Source: a virus
Lineage: Duplodnaviria; Heunggongvirae; Uroviricota; Caudoviricetes
Virus record (IMG/VR): IMGVR_UViG_3300042922_001018
DNA: 17,106 bases
Strand: one strand, 5' to 3'
Positions 14,339 through 17,106 of the stretch are shown in pieces (the first letter of the stretch is position 1; every line of letters begins with the position of its first letter). Below the pieces are notes generated by a model, which was not told the DNA's origin, made no database searches, and saw nothing but the letters and a program-made list of their open reading frames with translations. The position numbers were made by a program, and so were the translations under genes.

Positions 14339-14817
14339 CAGGCTTCGCCCTCCCGTACAGCTTCGATGTCGTGACCGTAGTAGTCCCAGTTCATCGACTC
14401 CACCGTACAAGGAACGGCTCCAGAACGCAAATCGCGCAAGAAGGCGATGCTCCGCTCGCGGGCTGTCGGCTGCTGGTAGTAGGAGACCTCACCGTCGTTC
14501 ACTGGGTACGCCTGGTACGTCGTAGTCCAGGCGCTCTCGAACCAGTCCCATGCCCGTGACCCGGCGCGGTCGCTTCCGTCCCCGCGGACCTGGCCCCAGT
14601 TGAAGATGTGGCCGAAGACGCAGTTCTTCGAGGGACCACTCTCCGGGTCATCGGTACGGACGACATCGACACACCAGTCCTCTGCCGTCGTTGCTTCGAG
14701 AAACGCGATGAGGTCATCGAGCCGCTGTTCATCCTCGGCAGAAGGTCGCCAGCGCTTCATCAGCTCGCGCGCTTCCTGAGGGATTTCGGTGGTGGGGTCA
14801 CCTGTGTACCGGACCAT
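14338..14817 (-). CDS. Hypothetical protein (159 aa)
   Basis: TGATG coupling at both ends. Conserved-looking EDWCVDVVRT, NCVFGH, WDWFE, YPVNDG, YQQPTARER. Confidence 0.8.
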   Translation of the reverse strand: MVRYTGDPTTEIPQEARELMKRWRPSAEDEQRLDDLIAFLEATTAEDWCVDVVRTDDPESGPSKNCVFGHIFNWGQVRGDGSDRAGSRAWDWFESAWTTTYQAYPVNDGEVSYYQQPTARERSIAFLRDLRSGAVPCTVESMNWDYYGHDIEAVREGEA

Positions 14818-15092
14818 CAGAGCGTAATCACTGTCGTCTGGCCGTCGGCGCGCAAGCGGGCAGCGAGGTCATCGGCCGAACCGTCGTGGATGATGACGGT
14901 CTTCGGCTGGATGGGGAGCGCATTGAGGGCGAACTCCGCACTGGCAGCCGGAAGGATGAGCGTGACGTTCTTCAACGCGGCGGGACCAGCGGGGTGTTCG
15001 AGCACGCTCTTCACGTAGGAGCGGAGGCTCTTGATGTCGGTGAAGGTGTGGCCGCGACCGTAGCGGTTCTCGGCAGCCAACTGAAGAATCAT
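14817..15092 (-). CDS. Hypothetical protein (91 aa)
   Basis: First gene behind the promoter at 15093-15128; stop overlaps the next ATG. Confidence 0.75.
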   Translation of the reverse strand: MILQLAAENRYGRGHTFTDIKSLRSYVKSVLEHPAGPAALKNVTLILPAASAEFALNALPIQPKTVIIHDGSADDLAARLRADGQTTVITL

Positions 15093-15128
15093 GGGGCCAT
15101 GCTACACGCGCATGGCCCCATGTGTCAA
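15090..15128 (-). promoter_or_regulatory. Sigma70-type promoter with a 13-bp inverted repeat over -10 and start codon
   Basis: TTGACA (15128-15123), 18 nt, TAGCAT (15104-15099), 6 nt, ATG 15092. Arms CATGGGGCCATGC (15090-15102) and GCATGGCCCCATG (15110-15122). Confidence 0.78.
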
Positions 15129-15142
15129 CTCAGACGGTCAGG

Positions 15143-15541
15143 TCAGAAGGAGTGACGCGTGTTGCGTGCTTCCTTGATGTCGTAGGAGACGCTCGACTCG
15201 CCATCCTCGACGACCAGCTCCCAGTCGCCTTCCTCGGGAAGACCCTCAGGGAGCGTGATGAGCAGCTCGGCGCCGGGCTTAGCGAACACCTCGATGACGG
15301 AGACGTACTTCAGCTCCGTGCCAGGGATGCCTGCGGCCTCGCCCTGCCCAAGACGGGTGCTCAGACCGATGTTGTTCAGGAAGTCGGCGATGTACGCGCT
15401 CCAGCCGATGAAGTTGTCGTGCCACTCGGGAGTCGTGTACACGTAACGGAGCACGTGGGTCGGCTCTTCGGGGATGAATGCTGCGGTGTTCGCGATGTCC
15501 GCGCTGGTACCGGAGAAGGTAGAGGTTTCAATCGAAGTCAT
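15143..15541 (-). CDS. Hypothetical acidic protein (132 aa)
   Basis: Start moved from GTG 15550 to ATG 15541, 7 nt after TGG-TATCGT. Confidence 0.75.
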   Translation of the reverse strand: MTSIETSTFSGTSADIANTAAFIPEEPTHVLRYVYTTPEWHDNFIGWSAYIADFLNNIGLSTRLGQGEAAGIPGTELKYVSVIEVFAKPGAELLITLPEGLPEEGDWELVVEDGESSVSYDIKEARNTRHSF

Positions 15542-15615
15542 GTCCTCCACGATACCAGACGGTTCTGCGAAGGCCGCTCGCGGAGAATGCCGCGTCCGGT
15601 GGTAGGATGTACCTC
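15542..15615. promoter_or_regulatory. Divergent promoter region with two extended -10 elements
   Basis: Minus: TGG-TATCGT (-10 at 15554-15549), 7 nt, ATG 15541. Plus: TGG-TAGGAT (-10 at 15603-15608), 7 nt, ATG 15616. Confidence 0.68.
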
Positions 15616-15966
15616 ATGAGTCAGGTGTCAGACCCCGCACTACGGGTCGCCGGAAAAGCAGCCAGCCAGCGAATCAGCGACCGTGTATCGGAGTCGGTAT
15701 CTCGTCGCTACCTGGCTACGTCGGACCGGAACTACGACACGGTTCCCACGAAGCGACAGATTGCAGCCGTTCTTGCTGCACTGACAGAACTCACTCTTGC
15801 TCAGCATCTCCTCGGGACCGATGTCAAGGAGATGGGCACGCCTCGGAACGAAGACCGAGACGACCGTTTCAAGCAGGCCAACGGAATCGGCCGCTTCTTC
15901 TACGCCGTCGCTGACGAACTCGCCGAACAGGCGACCGCCGAAGAAAAGGCGCGCGGACAGCGATGA
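15616..15966 (+). CDS. Hypothetical protein (116 aa)
   Basis: Start moved from 15607 (inside the -10) to 15616; stop overlaps next ATG (ATGA). Confidence 0.72.
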   Translation: MSQVSDPALRVAGKAASQRISDRVSESVSRRYLATSDRNYDTVPTKRQIAAVLAALTELTLAQHLLGTDVKEMGTPRNEDRDDRFKQANGIGRFFYAVADELAEQATAEEKARGQR

Positions 15967-16385
15967 CGGGTGTAGCTGTAGTGACCGGCGCAGTGAAAAC
16001 AGTTGAGACGAAATCGCGGTACAACTGGAACCTTGACCGCATCTCGATGCTCCTCGCGTCTATCGCGACAGCGGGCATCCTGTTCGATGCTATCGCGACC
16101 TACTTCGCCGTGGAAGTGTTTCATGTCGGTCAAGAACTGAACCCCGTCATCCTATGGGCGGCGGAACAGACGAACTTCGGCATCGCGATGGTTCTCCGGG
16201 TGTTCGCCGGGGTTGCGCTCATCATGGTGTTCCTCGTGCTCATCCGCGCAATCAACACGCACCGCGAGAAGCTGCTCTCCGTCTATGCCCTCGGCCTTGC
16301 AGCCCTGATGCTGACCGCCCTATCGGGATGGCACATCTACATCATCATCACGCGTATCGCCACCATCGCGGAGTACCTCACCTAA
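15963..16385 (+). CDS. Membrane protein, DUF5658-like (140 aa)
   Basis: Three to four hydrophobic segments and LFDAIATY...ELNPVI, matching the D-x3-T...E-x-NP pattern I recall for DUF5658. Confidence 0.6.
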   Translation: MTGVAVVTGAVKTVETKSRYNWNLDRISMLLASIATAGILFDAIATYFAVEVFHVGQELNPVILWAAEQTNFGIAMVLRVFAGVALIMVFLVLIRAINTHREKLLSVYALGLAALMLTALSGWHIYIIITRIATIAEYLT

Positions 16386-16403
16386 GACGGCTAGCAAGCC
16401 GAG

Positions 16404-16438
16404 TTGACAACGCCAGACGGCAGGGTTAGAGTGTTCAC
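16404..16438 (+). promoter_or_regulatory. Sigma70-type promoter, probably leaderless
   Basis: TTGACA (16404-16409), 17 nt, TAGAGT (16427-16432), 6 nt, ATG 16439. Confidence 0.8.
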
Positions 16439-16735
16439 ATGACGAACCGTTTCCTCCTCAATGTCGCTCTCCCCACCAACAACGTGGAGGAGTTCCTGGA
16501 AGCCATCCGCTGCATCGGCGGCATCGAGCACGTGACCGTGACGGTGGACGCCGAGAACAAGCGCGACGCCGTTCGCGACCTTGAAGAGACCTTCGAGGAG
16601 TTCGGCGCCACCTACCAGGGCACGTGGTACATCGGCCTGAAAGAAGCCGTCCAGAAGACGCTCCGTAGGCAGACCGCGCGCGACACCGCGCGCAAGGTGC
16701 TGAAGCTGCACCGCGCATCCGCCTCATACGAGTGA
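16439..16735 (+). CDS. Hypothetical protein (98 aa)
   Basis: Directly behind a consensus promoter, GC3-rich codons, basic C-terminal helix. Confidence 0.8.
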   Translation: MTNRFLLNVALPTNNVEEFLEAIRCIGGIEHVTVTVDAENKRDAVRDLEETFEEFGATYQGTWYIGLKEAVQKTLRRQTARDTARKVLKLHRASASYE

Positions 16736-16740
16736 GGTCA

Positions 16741-16786
16741 ACAGCGGTGCCACCCTCGGGTAACGCCGTCGGTGTGGTGCCGCCGT
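16741..16786. terminator. Possible imperfect terminator between convergent genes
   Basis: ACAGCGGTGCCAC ... GTGGTGCCGCCGT; 12 of 13 pairs on the plus strand counting two G-U pairs; long loop. Confidence 0.35.
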
Positions 16787-17106
16787 TACTCGTCCGAGCC
16801 GACGAGTGCGCGAGAGACGTAGATGTCGAAGCGTACCGCCAACAGGTCGTCATCGACTCGGTGAACAGCTTCAGCGGTGAACGCCGGTAGACCGTGCACA
16901 GGGAAGTGCACCGAATCGGCGAGCGGGTAGAACCGGGTCCACGCGTAGTCCGTGACCAGCTCTTCCGCTACGCCTGGAGGGCAAGCAAGGATGAGTTCCG
17001 AACCGTCTGCCAGCTTGCCCATGTGACGAATCTCATGGTCCGCGACGTAGAGGCCCGTCAGTCCGTAAACAGCTTCGACTACCGAGACTCCGGAGTCTTC
17101 AATCCG
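16786..17106 (-). CDS. Hypothetical protein, 5' end outside the window
   Basis: The frame of the 78-aa track ORF stays open for 28 more codons to the window edge (RIEDSGVSVVEAVYGLTGLYVADHEIRH-MGKL), so 17022 is probably an internal Met. Confidence 0.65.
   Translation of the reverse strand, partial: RIEDSGVSVVEAVYGLTGLYVADHEIRHMGKLADGSELILACPPGVAEELVTDYAWTRFYPLADSVHFPVHGLPAFTAEAVHRVDDDLLAVRFDIYVSRALVGSDE

Larger units (their letters stand above)
1..17106. mobile_element. Probable fragment of a large actinobacterial mobile element (phage, phage-plasmid or megaplasmid)
   Basis: Dense small hypothetical genes, dUTPase, MoxR-AAA/VWA pair, many individual promoters, no core housekeeping genes. 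No integrase, replicase, terminase or capsid gene in the window, so the element type is inference only. Confidence 0.55.

Noticed and set aside
17085-17098. 14-bp palindrome AGACTCCGGAGTCT
   Set aside because: Inside an open coding frame, single copy, no promoter context.
1-17106. CRISPR array, tRNA, rRNA, IS element, integrase or att site
   Set aside because: No regularly spaced repeats, cloverleaf, transposase or recombinase motifs seen by eye; a covariance-model scan would be needed to exclude small RNAs.

Overview
High-GC window with actinobacterial-style promoters and codon usage. It reads like part of a large mobile element (large phage, phage-plasmid or megaplasmid), but no replication, integration or virion gene is in view, so the element type is not resolved. 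The left 10 kb holds six paralogous type IV pilin-like genes, all on the minus strand, with a non-canonical N-terminus ((E/D)RG|A(T/A)DPIL, no Glu+5). They form two matching long-short-long triplets. Each triplet is followed by a TTGACA promoter with a shared 12-nt motif, driving one half of a MoxR-like AAA ATPase / metallopeptidase-VWA pair. The four long pilins appear to carry a variable insert of about 175-215 aa that resembles actinophage tail carbohydrate-binding modules. A small plus-strand island (SIMPL-like gene, 86-aa gene, candidate 13-aa five-cysteine peptide) lies between the two modules. The right 7 kb holds an immunity-like gene, dsbA, signal peptidase I, dUTPase and many small hypothetical genes, many apparently leaderless and several with inverted repeats over their promoters. 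All family names come from motif recognition and recall; no database search was run.
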